Shown piece by piece: positions 9,949 to 19,685 of a stretch of DNA of 48,923 bases. Each line of letters opens with the position of its first letter. The stretch's first letter is position 1. Origin of the DNA: Microbacterium sp. (GTDB lineage Bacteria; Actinomycetota; Actinomycetes; Actinomycetales; Microbacteriaceae); the NCBI GenBank assembly GCA_040392075.1, contig JBEBWQ010000001.1, positions 1-48,923 on the forward strand. Direction: 5' to 3'. The position numbers and the translations under genes are program-made. The notes under the pieces are model-generated. The model did not search any database. It saw nothing but the letters and a program-made list of their open reading frames with translations, and was not told the origin of the DNA.

Positions 9949-9962
9949 TTCGAGAACCCGAA
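9949..9962. promoter_or_regulatory. Candidate operator TTCGAG-N3-CCGAA
   Basis: TTCG-N6-CGAA dyad in the iclR/dctQ divergent region; second copy at 15342-15355. Confidence 0.5.
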
Positions 9963-10099
9963 TTCGAGAGGAGGAAATCTAGGGAGCCCGTTATGTTCCT
10001 TATGGCGGGGAAAGGCCGACCCGTCCGCGCCGGAGGCTACGGGATGGAGGACCGTGACCCGCCGGCGATGACGAGTCTCCCCGATCGCGTAGGCCGAGC

Positions 10100-10132
10100 C
10101 GTATTCCGAGCATCCGTCGTATCCCGAGCATC
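10100..10132. repeat. Direct repeat CGTATYCCGAGCATC x2, 18-bp period
   Basis: 10100-10114 and 10118-10132 differ at one base. Confidence 0.75.
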
Positions 10133-10212
10133 AATGAAGAGGTCTGGATGATGAGAAACTCGCGCCTGGGACCCTTCCCGCGCATCCTTCCGAGGACGAG
10201 AGGAGCGGTCTG

Positions 10213-10836
10213 ATGTCGAGCAGCCCCCTTGAGCCCGAACGTCTCCCCTGGCTGAAATGGATCGATCGTCTCAGTCTTTTCCTTGCTGTTCTGGGGGGGA
10301 TCGCCACCGTCTCGCTCATGCTGAACGTCGTGGCCGATGTCATCGGGCGCTTCGTCTTCGGGCGGTCGCTTCCCGGCACCCTCGACCTCACACAGTTCGC
10401 ATGGATGCCGACGCTGGTGTCGCTCGGCCTCGGATACGCCCTGGTGAAGGGGGAGCACATTCGAGTGAGTCTGCTTACGGGGCCCACCGGTCCGCTTACG
10501 CAGCGCATCATCGAGATCGTTTCCATGGTGTTCACGCTCGGCACCGTCGCGCTCTTCGCGTGGTTCGGCGCAGAGAACGCGCAGCGGACGATGAACGTCG
10601 GCGAGAAGGCCGTGGGGACGGATTGGCTGGAAGTCTGGCCGTTCCGATGGGTGGTGGTGATCGGGTTGCTCGGGCTGATGCTCCAGGCCCTCGCGACGCT
10701 TCTCCGCGCGATCACGATGAAAGAATTCCACCCCCTCGATGAGGACGAGGTTGCGATCGCCCTCGAGGCGGAGGAGACCGTCTTCGAGGAACTGGCGGAT
10801 GAAAAGGCTGTGGCCGGGAAGGTGATGAACCGATGA
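10213..10836 (+). CDS. dctQ: TRAP transporter small permease
   Basis: Four TM segments, DVIGRF and GEHIRV motifs; coupled to the large permease. Confidence 0.9.
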   Translation: MSSSPLEPERLPWLKWIDRLSLFLAVLGGIATVSLMLNVVADVIGRFVFGRSLPGTLDLTQFAWMPTLVSLGLGYALVKGEHIRVSLLTGPTGPLTQRIIEIVSMVFTLGTVALFAWFGAENAQRTMNVGEKAVGTDWLEVWPFRWVVVIGLLGLMLQALATLLRAITMKEFHPLDEDEVAIALEAEETVFEELADEKAVAGKVMNR

Positions 10837-12371
10837 ACACCGCTGTGCAAGAATCGCCCCCTCAGAGCCGGCCGAAGACGCCGATCGAGATCAAGGAAGC
10901 CCTCATCGCACGGCGTTTCACGATTGGCCTCGTCGTCACTGCAGCCGTCACCGTGCTGCTGACGCTCTACCTCTTCGTCATGCCCTCCAACAAACTGCTG
11001 ATCGGCCTCGTTGTCATCCTGCTGATGATGGCGCTGATGCTGTTCAAGATCCCGATCGGCATCGCGATGGCCGCAGCTGGAGCCCTCGGACTTTTTATCC
11101 TCGTCGGGCCGAATGCCATGGCCGGGACGCTGAGACAGGTCGTCTTCCAGTCGTTCGCGTCGTGGTCGCTCAGTGTCATTCCGATGTTCGTTCTCATGGG
11201 AATCGCCCTCGGCAAGAGCGGACTGATGGGCGGGGCATACGACTCCGCACGGAAGTGGCTGGGGTGGATGCCCGGGGGACTGGCCGTCTCGACGAACCTC
11301 GCGGGAGCTGGGATGGCCGCCACCAGCGGAAGCACCATCGGGATCGTGTACGCGATCGGTCGTGTGTCGATCCCCGAGATGATCCGTTCCGGCTATCGGC
11401 CCAGCCTTGCCATGGGCGCCACGGCGATGTCGGGGAGTCTGGGTCAAGTGATCCCGCCCAGCGTGCTGCTGGTGATCTATGCCGGGGTGGCACAGACGCC
11501 CGTCGGTCCTCAGCTTCTCGCCGGAGTGGTCCCGGGCGTGATGCTGGCGGTGCTGTTCACGATCGTGATCATCCTGTGGGCGTGGATCAGCCCGACGTCG
11601 GCGCCCCGCGGTGCCGTGTATTCGTGGAAGGAACGGTTCGCCTCGCTTGTGCACCTGATCCCGGTGCTGATCATCATCGTCGTCGTTCTCGGCGGGATCT
11701 ATTTCGGCGTGTTCACAGCGACCGAAGCGGGTGCCTATGGCGCGCTGGTCGTGCTCATTCTCGGTGTGGGGCTCGTGATTCTCAGATCGAAGCAGCAGCA
11801 GAGGCGAGATGCGACGGCCGTTCCGACGCAACGGGTGGTCGGATCGTTCTTCTCCAGTACGCTGCTGGACACGGTGTCCACCGTCGCATCCATCTTCCTT
11901 CTGCTCATCGGGGTCAACGTTCTCACCCGTGTGATGGCGCTCAGCGGCCTCGCCGGGTGGATAGGCAACACCGTGGTCGACATGGGCCTGAGCCCGGTCG
12001 GATTCCTGCTGATGCTCATCCCTATCTACCTCGTACTCGGGTTCTTCCTCGACACGCTGGCGATGATGCTGCTCACGATCCCGATCTTTATCGGGCCTCT
12101 CGACTCCCTTGGCATCGACCTGATCTGGTTCGGCGTGTTCCTCATCGTCCTCGCGGAGATCGATCTCGTGGCGCCGCCACTGGGCGTGCTGAACTTCATC
12201 GTTCTGGCGTTGGCGCAATCCTCCACCCGGGGAATGGGGTTGAAGATCAAGATCACCGACGTGTTCAAGGGCGTCATCCCCTTCATAGCCGCCTGCATCG
12301 TGATGCTGATAGTCCTGGTGCTCTTGCCGGACTTGGCCCTGTGGTTGCCAGGACTGTCCTCCGCCTCTTAG
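10833..12371 (+). CDS. dctM: TRAP transporter large permease
   Basis: IPMFVLMG, PGGLAV, SGST, IPPS, GVFTATEAGA and PPLG motifs. Confidence 0.92.
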   Translation: MNTAVQESPPQSRPKTPIEIKEALIARRFTIGLVVTAAVTVLLTLYLFVMPSNKLLIGLVVILLMMALMLFKIPIGIAMAAAGALGLFILVGPNAMAGTLRQVVFQSFASWSLSVIPMFVLMGIALGKSGLMGGAYDSARKWLGWMPGGLAVSTNLAGAGMAATSGSTIGIVYAIGRVSIPEMIRSGYRPSLAMGATAMSGSLGQVIPPSVLLVIYAGVAQTPVGPQLLAGVVPGVMLAVLFTIVIILWAWISPTSAPRGAVYSWKERFASLVHLIPVLIIIVVVLGGIYFGVFTATEAGAYGALVVLILGVGLVILRSKQQQRRDATAVPTQRVVGSFFSSTLLDTVSTVASIFLLLIGVNVLTRVMALSGLAGWIGNTVVDMGLSPVGFLLMLIPIYLVLGFFLDTLAMMLLTIPIFIGPLDSLGIDLIWFGVFLIVLAEIDLVAPPLGVLNFIVLALAQSSTRGMGLKIKITDVFKGVIPFIAACIVMLIVLVLLPDLALWLPGLSSAS

Positions 12372-12404
12372 CCTCGGACCAATGGCGGCGATGGAGCGTC
12401 GCCG

Positions 12405-15296
12405 TCACTGATCCGCAGCGGCCACGTCGTTCGCGGGCTCCCGCCCTGACCCTCGTGTCGCACGCTCGAGAAGCTCGAGGACGTGCTGATACGGATGTCC
12501 GGTGGCGCGGGTCATCGCCAGCTCGCATGTCCGGTTGCAGGATGCATGTGCCTGAGCCTGAAGGGAAGCGACCTCCGCGGCTTCGGGGCGGGTCGCGGCA
12601 GCCGTAAGCTCGGGGTGAAGCATCCCGCGATCGCCGGCGTAGGCGCAGCACCCCCAGTCCGTGGGTACGTGCACCGTCCGCGCTGTCGCTTCTGCGACGT
12701 GAATGAGCTGCGGGTCGAGCTCCAAGTGACGGGACGAGCAGGTCGGATGAAGCACGAGTGAGTCCACGACCGGCTCAGCCGACACTCTGGGGAGGATTTC
12801 CGTGGCGGCGAACTCGACCGAGTCCACGACGTGGAATCCCTCGGACCGGAGGATCCGGGCGAAACCCTCCGTGCAGCTGGAGGCGTCGCTGATCACCGGT
12901 AGCTTTCGTCCGCCGCTCGCGCTGCGGACCGCGCCTCGGACACGGGTCGTCATTGCGGACAATCCCTCCGTGTAACCCTTCGAGGACCACGGCGTGCCAC
13001 AGCAGAGGGATTCGATCCCTGACGGCACGATGAGCCGGACGCCCGCTCGTTCCGCCAGCGTGACGAGCGCGGAAGTCGCCCCCGGCCCGCCTTCGGCGGC
13101 TCCGAACATGCTGTTGACGCAGGAGGGGAGATAGACGGCCATCGGCTCGTCGTCACCACTGCCCACGGTACCGTGCAACGTGCGCCGTGCGCCGCCCCCG
13201 GCCGGCAGCTCCGAGCTGTAGCGGGGGACGGTGTCGGCTCCCACCGCGGCACGCGCCGCATCCGTGATTCCCCGCACCAGGGATGAGGGGAGCACGTTGG
13301 CGACGGTGAGCATCGCCGCGCCGGCGCGCGTGACGGCTCCCCAGTGCTTCGCGGCGATGTCCCACCCCGCTGCGAGGACGGGGTTTTTCACTTCTCGCCT
13401 GAGCCGCTTGACCAGCGTGCCGGTGTCTATGAGCACGGGGCACGCGGTCTGGCACATGCCGTCGACGGCACAGGTCTGGATGCCATCGTAGGCGTAGTCG
13501 CGTTCGAGGGAGCCGGCGAGCGTGTCGTCGCCATCGGCGACGGCGGTCGCATGTGCCCGACGCACGACGATGCGCTGTCGGGGTGTGAGCGTGAGATCAC
13601 GGCTCGGGCAGACGGGCTCGCAGTAGCCGCATTCCACGCAGCGATCGACTTCGGCCTCCACGACCGGTGCGGATTTGAGGTGCCGCAGATGGGCGTGAGG
13701 ATCATCGTCGATGATCACACCGGGGTTGAGGATGCCGGCCGCGTCGCACAGCGACTTCACCTGCCGCATCACGTCGTACAGTTCCTCGCCGTACTGGCGG
13801 CGCACATACGGGGCCATCACCCGTCCGGTGCCGTGCTCGGCTTTGAGATTGCCGCCGGCGTCGAGCACCATATCGACCATGTCCTCGGTGAAGGCCAGAT
13901 AACGATCCAGCGCGCGATCCTCGGCGAAGCGATCGGTCAGCATGAAGTGGATGTTGCCGTCCTTGGCGTGTCCGAAGATCACGCTCTCACCATAACCATG
14001 ACGATAGAACAGCTCCTGAAGGCCGCTGCACGTATCCGCGAGCGCTGGCACGGGGACAGCGATGTCTTCCAGCAGCGCCGTGGTCCCCCGGGGACGAGCG
14101 CCGGCGACAGATGCATACAGACCCTTGCGGAACTTCCACGCCACATCGCGTTCGGCCCGAGCCGCGGACAGCCGGGTCGGGGTGCGGAGCGCGAGTCCGC
14201 TCAATGCCGCGTTGCCAGCCTCTGCGTGCGGGCGTAACTCATCCGCAGTCACCCCCTGGTACTCGATGAGCAACGCTGCCTCATCGTGGACCTCGAACCC
14301 GAGGATCTGCTGAGGGGCTGCCGGCATGGACTGTCCCACACGCAGAGATGTCGCGTCCATCAGCTCCAGCGTCGTCGCTCCGGAGTCCACCAATGCGGGC
14401 AGGGCGGACGCAGCGGCTCGCAGTGTCGGAAAGACGGCGAGAGTCGTCGCTGTCTCGTTCCGCACCGGCACGGTGAGGAAGGTCGCCTCCGCGACGAACG
14501 CGAGCGTCCCCTCCGATCCCACGACCAGGTGCAGGAGAAGCTGCACCGGATCCTCGTGGTCGAGAAAGGCATTGATCCCATAGCCCATCGTGTTCTTCAG
14601 TGCGAACTGCCGACGGATCAAGGCCACCGACCGGGGGTTCTCCCGCACTCGTCGCTGCAGCCGCAGAAGCCCGTCGATGAGTTCCGGTTCGCGTTCTCCG
14701 AGCAGGGCCCGGGCATCCGTGCGCGCGGTGTCTATCACTGTGCCGGAAGGCAGGACGAGCACGGCGGATTCGAGCGTGCGATAGGTGTTCTCCTCGATGC
14801 CGCAGGCCATCCCGCTCGAATTGTCGGCGATGACGCCGCCGACGGTGCACGCCGCCTCGCTGGCCGGGTCAGGACCGAGACGCCGATTGTGCCGCGCGAG
14901 GTGCGCGTTCACCTGCCGTACGGTTGCGCCGGGCTGCACGCGCACGCGGGCGCCGTTGTCCAAGACCTCGATGCGCCGGAACCGCTGGCGTACATCGATG
15001 AGCACCCCGTCGCTGATCCCTTGACCCGAAAGACTGGTCCCTCCTGAACGGAACGTCACTCGCTCGCCGGTGCTCGTTGCCGCTCGGAGGATGGCGGCGA
15101 CCTCGGCGGCGTCTGCCGCGACGATCACCGCCTTCGGGGTGAGGAGGTAATGCGATGCATCGCTCGCATAGGCGGCCCGATCGATGGCCCGCGACTTGAT
15201 TCGAGCGGCATCGGCAACCGCCGCGCGGAGGTCGGCCGAGATGCCCGGCGCTTCCCCCGGGGGAAGAGGCCTCTTGACGGCAGAAATGTCTGACAT
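12405..15296 (-). CDS. FAD-binding and 4Fe-4S oxidoreductase (GlcD+GlcF-type fusion; D-lactate/2-hydroxyacid dehydrogenase-like)
   Basis: FRSGGTSLSGQ, GPDPAS, GHAKDGNIHF, KAEHGTG, CVECGYCEPVCP and CCG domains. Confidence 0.9.
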   Translation of the reverse strand: MSDISAVKRPLPPGEAPGISADLRAAVADAARIKSRAIDRAAYASDASHYLLTPKAVIVAADAAEVAAILRAATSTGERVTFRSGGTSLSGQGISDGVLIDVRQRFRRIEVLDNGARVRVQPGATVRQVNAHLARHNRRLGPDPASEAACTVGGVIADNSSGMACGIEENTYRTLESAVLVLPSGTVIDTARTDARALLGEREPELIDGLLRLQRRVRENPRSVALIRRQFALKNTMGYGINAFLDHEDPVQLLLHLVVGSEGTLAFVAEATFLTVPVRNETATTLAVFPTLRAAASALPALVDSGATTLELMDATSLRVGQSMPAAPQQILGFEVHDEAALLIEYQGVTADELRPHAEAGNAALSGLALRTPTRLSAARAERDVAWKFRKGLYASVAGARPRGTTALLEDIAVPVPALADTCSGLQELFYRHGYGESVIFGHAKDGNIHFMLTDRFAEDRALDRYLAFTEDMVDMVLDAGGNLKAEHGTGRVMAPYVRRQYGEELYDVMRQVKSLCDAAGILNPGVIIDDDPHAHLRHLKSAPVVEAEVDRCVECGYCEPVCPSRDLTLTPRQRIVVRRAHATAVADGDDTLAGSLERDYAYDGIQTCAVDGMCQTACPVLIDTGTLVKRLRREVKNPVLAAGWDIAAKHWGAVTRAGAAMLTVANVLPSSLVRGITDAARAAVGADTVPRYSSELPAGGGARRTLHGTVGSGDDEPMAVYLPSCVNSMFGAAEGGPGATSALVTLAERAGVRLIVPSGIESLCCGTPWSSKGYTEGLSAMTTRVRGAVRSASGGRKLPVISDASSCTEGFARILRSEGFHVVDSVEFAATEILPRVSAEPVVDSLVLHPTCSSRHLELDPQLIHVAEATARTVHVPTDWGCCAYAGDRGMLHPELTAAATRPEAAEVASLQAQAHASCNRTCELAMTRATGHPYQHVLELLERATRGSGREPANDVAAADQ

Positions 15297-15341
15297 GAAT
15301 TCAGTCTAGACAATAGAGTCACGATATTCTGCTCTTCGTCT

Positions 15342-15355
15342 TTCGGAAACTCGAA
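15342..15355. promoter_or_regulatory. Candidate operator (reverse strand TTCGAG-TTT-CCGAA)
   Basis: 11/14 identity to 9949-9962; lies between the divergent oxidoreductase and CoA ligase genes. Confidence 0.5.
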
Positions 15356-15522
15356 GACCCGTTGCGGGAGGATCCGCTCGCGCATTGAATGCAGATATTC
15401 GAAGACGAGCTCCGCGAGGGGAGCTCTCCCCCGCCCGGCGACGCCACCTCCGCCAAGCTCTCCGCGGCGCTGAGCCTCCGGTGCGTTTGGGCGGATGCCA
15501 TGTCGAAAGGAATTCTGATCCC

Positions 15523-17220
15523 ATGGGCGTCGAAGCTCTCACGCTGAGCTCGTTCGGGCCGACCGGCTGGGAGGCTGAGAAGCTTCCCCCGGTTGCGCAG
15601 ACGCTGCCGGAGATGCTCGACCACCTGGCGGCGTCGCGGCCGGACTCCGAGGTTCTGGTCTCGAGCTCGGGCCGTCTCACCTATCGGGAACTGGCGAGCA
15701 AGGTGGGCTCGTGCGCCGCCGCGCTGGCGAAGCTGGGGGTGAACCGCACAAGTCACGTCGCGCTCCTCGCGCCGAACATCGAAGAGTGGCTCGTCGCCGC
15801 TTTCGCCACGATGCGGCTCGGGGTGCCGGTCGACTGTTTCAACACCTGGGTGCGAGCGTGGGACCTGGACTTCCTGCTGAAGTCGGCCCAGACCGAGGTG
15901 CTGATCATGACACCCGGAGTGCGTTCCCACGACCTGCTGGGCGAGTTGAAGACATTGGTGCCCGAATTCTGGGATTCCCGCGGTCCGGTCGTGAGCCGGG
16001 ATTTCCCTGCACTGCGTCATCTCATCACCATCGGGGACGTCGCCGTGGAGACACCGCTCCCTTGCGCTGCACGCGACTTCCACACACTGCTCGCGGAGAC
16101 AGCGGGCGGATCGATCCCGCTGAACCGTGCCGCCGGTGCGGAACCGGCGGTGATCGTGTACACCTCCGGAACCACGAGCTATCCCAAAGCCGTGCCGCTG
16201 TGTCATCGGCACCTGATCGAGAACGGGCATGCGATAGGGGAAAGGATGGGCTTCGGCGCGCACGAGCGCGTCTGGCTGGGATCTCCCCTCTTCTGGAGCT
16301 ACGGAATAGCGAACGCCGCCATGGCCACGATCACTCATGGCGGCTGCCTGGTCCTGCAAGAGCGATTCGCGCCCGTCGAAGCGGCCGGCGTCCTCGCTTC
16401 CGAACGCTGCACGGCCGTGTACCTGCTGCCGAGCCTCGCTCTGTCGCTGGAGGAGGGCGCCGCTGCGGAGGTGCGGGCGATCGAGTCTCTGCGCACCGGC
16501 GTGATGATCGGCCGGCCGGAGGAGGTGGAACGGGCGATCATCGAGCTTGCGATACCCCAGCTGTGCAATGTCTACGGGCAGACGGAGACGTATGGCAACT
16601 GCTGCGTCACTCCGTACGCCGCGCCGGACCCCGAGCGGGTGTCTACGCAGGGCCCGCCTTTGCCGGGAGTCGAGCTGAGGATCGTCGACCCCGGCACTCA
16701 CGACGTGGTGCCCATCGGCGAGCGCGGAGAGATCTGGGTGCGGGGGCGAATCACTCTCGGCTATGCGAACAACCCGGAGGCGACGCGCGAAGCGTTCACT
16801 GATGACGGCTGGTATCGGACGGGGGACATCGGGATGATGAGCCCTGACGGCGGTCTGCAGTTCAGCGGTCGACGGTCCGAGATGATCAAATCGAACGGGA
16901 TCAACATCTCCCCGGCGGAGGTAGAGGGGTTCATCGCGGGTCTTCCTGCGGTCGAGGAGGTCGTGGTCGTCGGCGCTCCGCATCCGGCTCGGGGGGAGGT
17001 CGCGATCGCGTTCATCGTCGCACGGTCCGGACAGCCGATTTCCGAGAGCTCGGTCCTCCAGCGGTGCCGAGACTCCATCGCCGGGTTCAAAGTGCCCTGG
17101 GCTGTCGAGTTCATCGAAGAGTTGCCCCGCACGGCGACCGGCAAAGTCACCCGAAAAGAGTTGACGGGTCCCGCCGCTGATCTCGTCGCCATGCGGCTTG
17201 CAGCGGTCGTCGACCCCTGA
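15523..17220 (+). CDS. Acyl-CoA synthetase (AMP-forming CoA ligase)
   Basis: YTSGTTSYPK, YGQTE, WYRTGD, GRRSEMIK and PRTATGK motifs; GAAAGG RBS. Confidence 0.92.
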   Translation: MGVEALTLSSFGPTGWEAEKLPPVAQTLPEMLDHLAASRPDSEVLVSSSGRLTYRELASKVGSCAAALAKLGVNRTSHVALLAPNIEEWLVAAFATMRLGVPVDCFNTWVRAWDLDFLLKSAQTEVLIMTPGVRSHDLLGELKTLVPEFWDSRGPVVSRDFPALRHLITIGDVAVETPLPCAARDFHTLLAETAGGSIPLNRAAGAEPAVIVYTSGTTSYPKAVPLCHRHLIENGHAIGERMGFGAHERVWLGSPLFWSYGIANAAMATITHGGCLVLQERFAPVEAAGVLASERCTAVYLLPSLALSLEEGAAAEVRAIESLRTGVMIGRPEEVERAIIELAIPQLCNVYGQTETYGNCCVTPYAAPDPERVSTQGPPLPGVELRIVDPGTHDVVPIGERGEIWVRGRITLGYANNPEATREAFTDDGWYRTGDIGMMSPDGGLQFSGRRSEMIKSNGINISPAEVEGFIAGLPAVEEVVVVGAPHPARGEVAIAFIVARSGQPISESSVLQRCRDSIAGFKVPWAVEFIEELPRTATGKVTRKELTGPAADLVAMRLAAVVDP

Positions 17221-17587
17221 CGGCGCGTCACGGTATCGGCAAGAGTCTCGGAGGCGGACGCAGTCCCGCGAGACCTGGGCGGCTCGGCTGGAGTGAGAGG
17301 GACGGCGGGAGTTCGTCCAGACGGGTGAGCCTGTTCTTTCCCGACATCCTCGGCGCGCGGCCGGGGATCAACGACCGTTACGCTTAAGTAGGAAGGTCCT
17401 CATATCTAGCCGAAAGGGTCTTCCCGAGCAGTCACGAATCACGGGTGCATGGCATAGGCGGGCCGTGCAGGGGGTGACGTGCGCGGGATGATTGGGTAGA
17501 ACTGGAACAAGACCTATCGGCTGCCGGTCTTGGATCAAGGATTCCACAGCCACGACTGGATTGTTCAAAAAGCGAAGGGTGGGTCCG

Positions 17588-18238
17588 ATGGTTAGGCAGG
17601 TTCGCGCGGTTTCCATCGTTGATGCGATCGCTGAAGACCTCCGGACTCGGCTGTTCACAGGGCAGCTCAAGAAGAACGCGCAGCTCACCGAGGCCAGTGT
17701 GTCGACGATGTACGAGATCGCCCGCCCCACGGCGAAGGCGGCGATCGAGAAGCTCGTCGGTGAAGGGCTCCTCGTCCGCGGGCCCCACAAGACGGCGCGT
17801 GTTCCAGCACTCGGGGCCGACGACATCCGCGACATCTACTGGAGCAGGGAATACCTGGAAAGCGTGGCCATCCGGCGCCTCGCGGGTAAGAGCGAAGTCC
17901 CCGAAAGCGTCTACCTCGCAGAACGAGAAGTCGTCCGCGCACGCGATGCGGGCGTGCCGATCATCGAACCGGACATGCGGTTTCACCTGAGTCTCGTCGA
18001 ATCGCTGCAGAGCCCACGAATCACCAAGGCGTACGAGTCCCTCATCGTCGAGGTGCGCTTGTGCTGGAGCCAGATCGAGGGCCAGCAGCTCTTCAGCTCT
18101 GACCTGATGTGTCAAGAGCATGAAAAACTGCTCGAGTTCATCTCCGCCGGCGATACCGACGCAGCGCTCGTTGCTCTCGCTGACCACCTGGGACGCTCTC
18201 GTGAACGGCTGGCCGCGGTCTTAACGCAGGACGCATAG
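17588..18238 (+). CDS. GntR/FadR-family regulator with FCD domain
   Basis: wHTH (LTEASV..IARPTAKAAIEKL..EGLL), DMRFH and EH..L..I..GD. Confidence 0.88.
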   Translation: MVRQVRAVSIVDAIAEDLRTRLFTGQLKKNAQLTEASVSTMYEIARPTAKAAIEKLVGEGLLVRGPHKTARVPALGADDIRDIYWSREYLESVAIRRLAGKSEVPESVYLAEREVVRARDAGVPIIEPDMRFHLSLVESLQSPRITKAYESLIVEVRLCWSQIEGQQLFSSDLMCQEHEKLLEFISAGDTDAALVALADHLGRSRERLAAVLTQDA

Positions 18239-18471
18239 TTCTTCGCGCCCGAACGGCGAAAGCTGTGAGCAGGCACCGGGCGGCGGATGAGGGTGTGCCT
18301 TCGTAGGCGACGGCGAGCGCTTGCCGCTTCCTGCCGTACGTCCGTGAATCGCTTCGCTCCCCTCCTGACGGGTCGTCGAGCCGGACCGTAGCAATAATCG
18401 TGTCCTTCGCGGGGCGCGAGCTCTCGGATACTCAGTGTGTCCGCGAGCCTTCCTTTACGCGCCGCCTATGC

Positions 18472-18489
18472 GTATACTTGTCATACAAG
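18472..18489 (+). promoter_or_regulatory. -10 box TATACT overlapping a GntR-type palindrome CTTGT-CAT-ACAAG
   Basis: Perfect 5-bp arms at 18477-18489; related sites at 26616-26633 and 26741-26758. Confidence 0.7.
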
Positions 18490-18536
18490 CATTCGCATTT
18501 CCACTGAAGGATCTGGTGCTCACGGAAGGAGTCCAC

Positions 18537-19682
18537 ATGGCAGACGTCTTGTCCGGGACGCGGGAGGTGGCCGGCAGGGAAGCCCGCGGTGGAGATGAGC
18601 GGACCGCGGTCTCGCCCGTCGTGGACTGCGACGTCCACCCCGTCCTCGCCTCACCGCGCTTGCTGCTTCCTTATCTGGACGATTTCTGGCGCGACCAGAT
18701 GCGGGCGCAGCACTATCCCTTCTACGAACCCAACTATCACCCTCCGGGTTCTCCCATCGCTCAGCGCCCGGAGGCGCAGGTCGATGAGGACGGTCGGGCA
18801 GCGACGACGGTCGGCAATCTGGTTGCCGATGTCTTCGCGGACGGCTTCGTTGACTACGCGATCTTGAACTGCCTCTACGGGGTTCAACAGATCCACCAGC
18901 CGCGACGCGAGATCGCTCACGCACGCGCACTCAACCGGTGGATCGCAGCCGAGTGGCTCGACGCCGACCCGCGTCTTCGCGCCTCGATCGTCGTTCCCAT
19001 GGGCACTCCCGAGGAGGCGGCGAAAGAGATCAGGTACTGGGCGACGGACAGCAGATTCGTCCAGGTCCTCGTGCTGTGCCAGTCCGAGGTGCTCCTCGGA
19101 CGTCAGATCAACTGGCCGATCTGGGAGGCGGCTCAAGAGGCGGGCCTGCCGGTCGCCATCCATCTCGGGGGGGTATTCCGACAGGCGCCGACGACCGCGG
19201 GATGGCAGTCGACGTATCTCGAGTGGTATGTCGGCCAGCAGTCAACCTTCGAAGCGCAGCTCGCGTCCATCGTTGCTGAAGGAATTTTTCAGAAGTTTCC
19301 CCATACGAAGGTCGTCCTCGCGGAAAGCGGTTTCACCTGGTTTCCGCCATTCGCCTGGAAATTCGACCAGGTGTGGAAGAGCTACCGCACGGAAATGCCC
19401 TGGCTGGACCGCCGGCCCAGCGAGATCATCCGCGAGAACGTCTTCTTCACGACGAGCCCTTCCGACGGTGCCGCCCGACCCGGTCGCCTCGACCGGATCG
19501 TGGACCGGATGGGATCGGACCGGATGCTGGTGTATTCGAGCGACTATCCGCACCGTCATGCGAGTGGGCCGCGGGAGATCGACGACGGCACGGACAGCCC
19601 TGAGCTCTTGGATCGCATCTATCGACGGAATGCGGCTTCCCTGTACAACCTGACGCCCCGAGGGATGAATCGCGAAGGATAG
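18537..19682 (+). CDS. Amidohydrolase-fold protein, probable oxygenase subunit 1 (AibH1-like)
   Basis: DCDVHP, WPIWEAA, AIHLGG, AESG and SSDYPH motifs; first gene of an operon with ferredoxin and reductase. Confidence 0.78.
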   Translation: MADVLSGTREVAGREARGGDERTAVSPVVDCDVHPVLASPRLLLPYLDDFWRDQMRAQHYPFYEPNYHPPGSPIAQRPEAQVDEDGRAATTVGNLVADVFADGFVDYAILNCLYGVQQIHQPRREIAHARALNRWIAAEWLDADPRLRASIVVPMGTPEEAAKEIRYWATDSRFVQVLVLCQSEVLLGRQINWPIWEAAQEAGLPVAIHLGGVFRQAPTTAGWQSTYLEWYVGQQSTFEAQLASIVAEGIFQKFPHTKVVLAESGFTWFPPFAWKFDQVWKSYRTEMPWLDRRPSEIIRENVFFTTSPSDGAARPGRLDRIVDRMGSDRMLVYSSDYPHRHASGPREIDDGTDSPELLDRIYRRNAASLYNLTPRGMNREG

Positions 19683-19685
19683 GAC

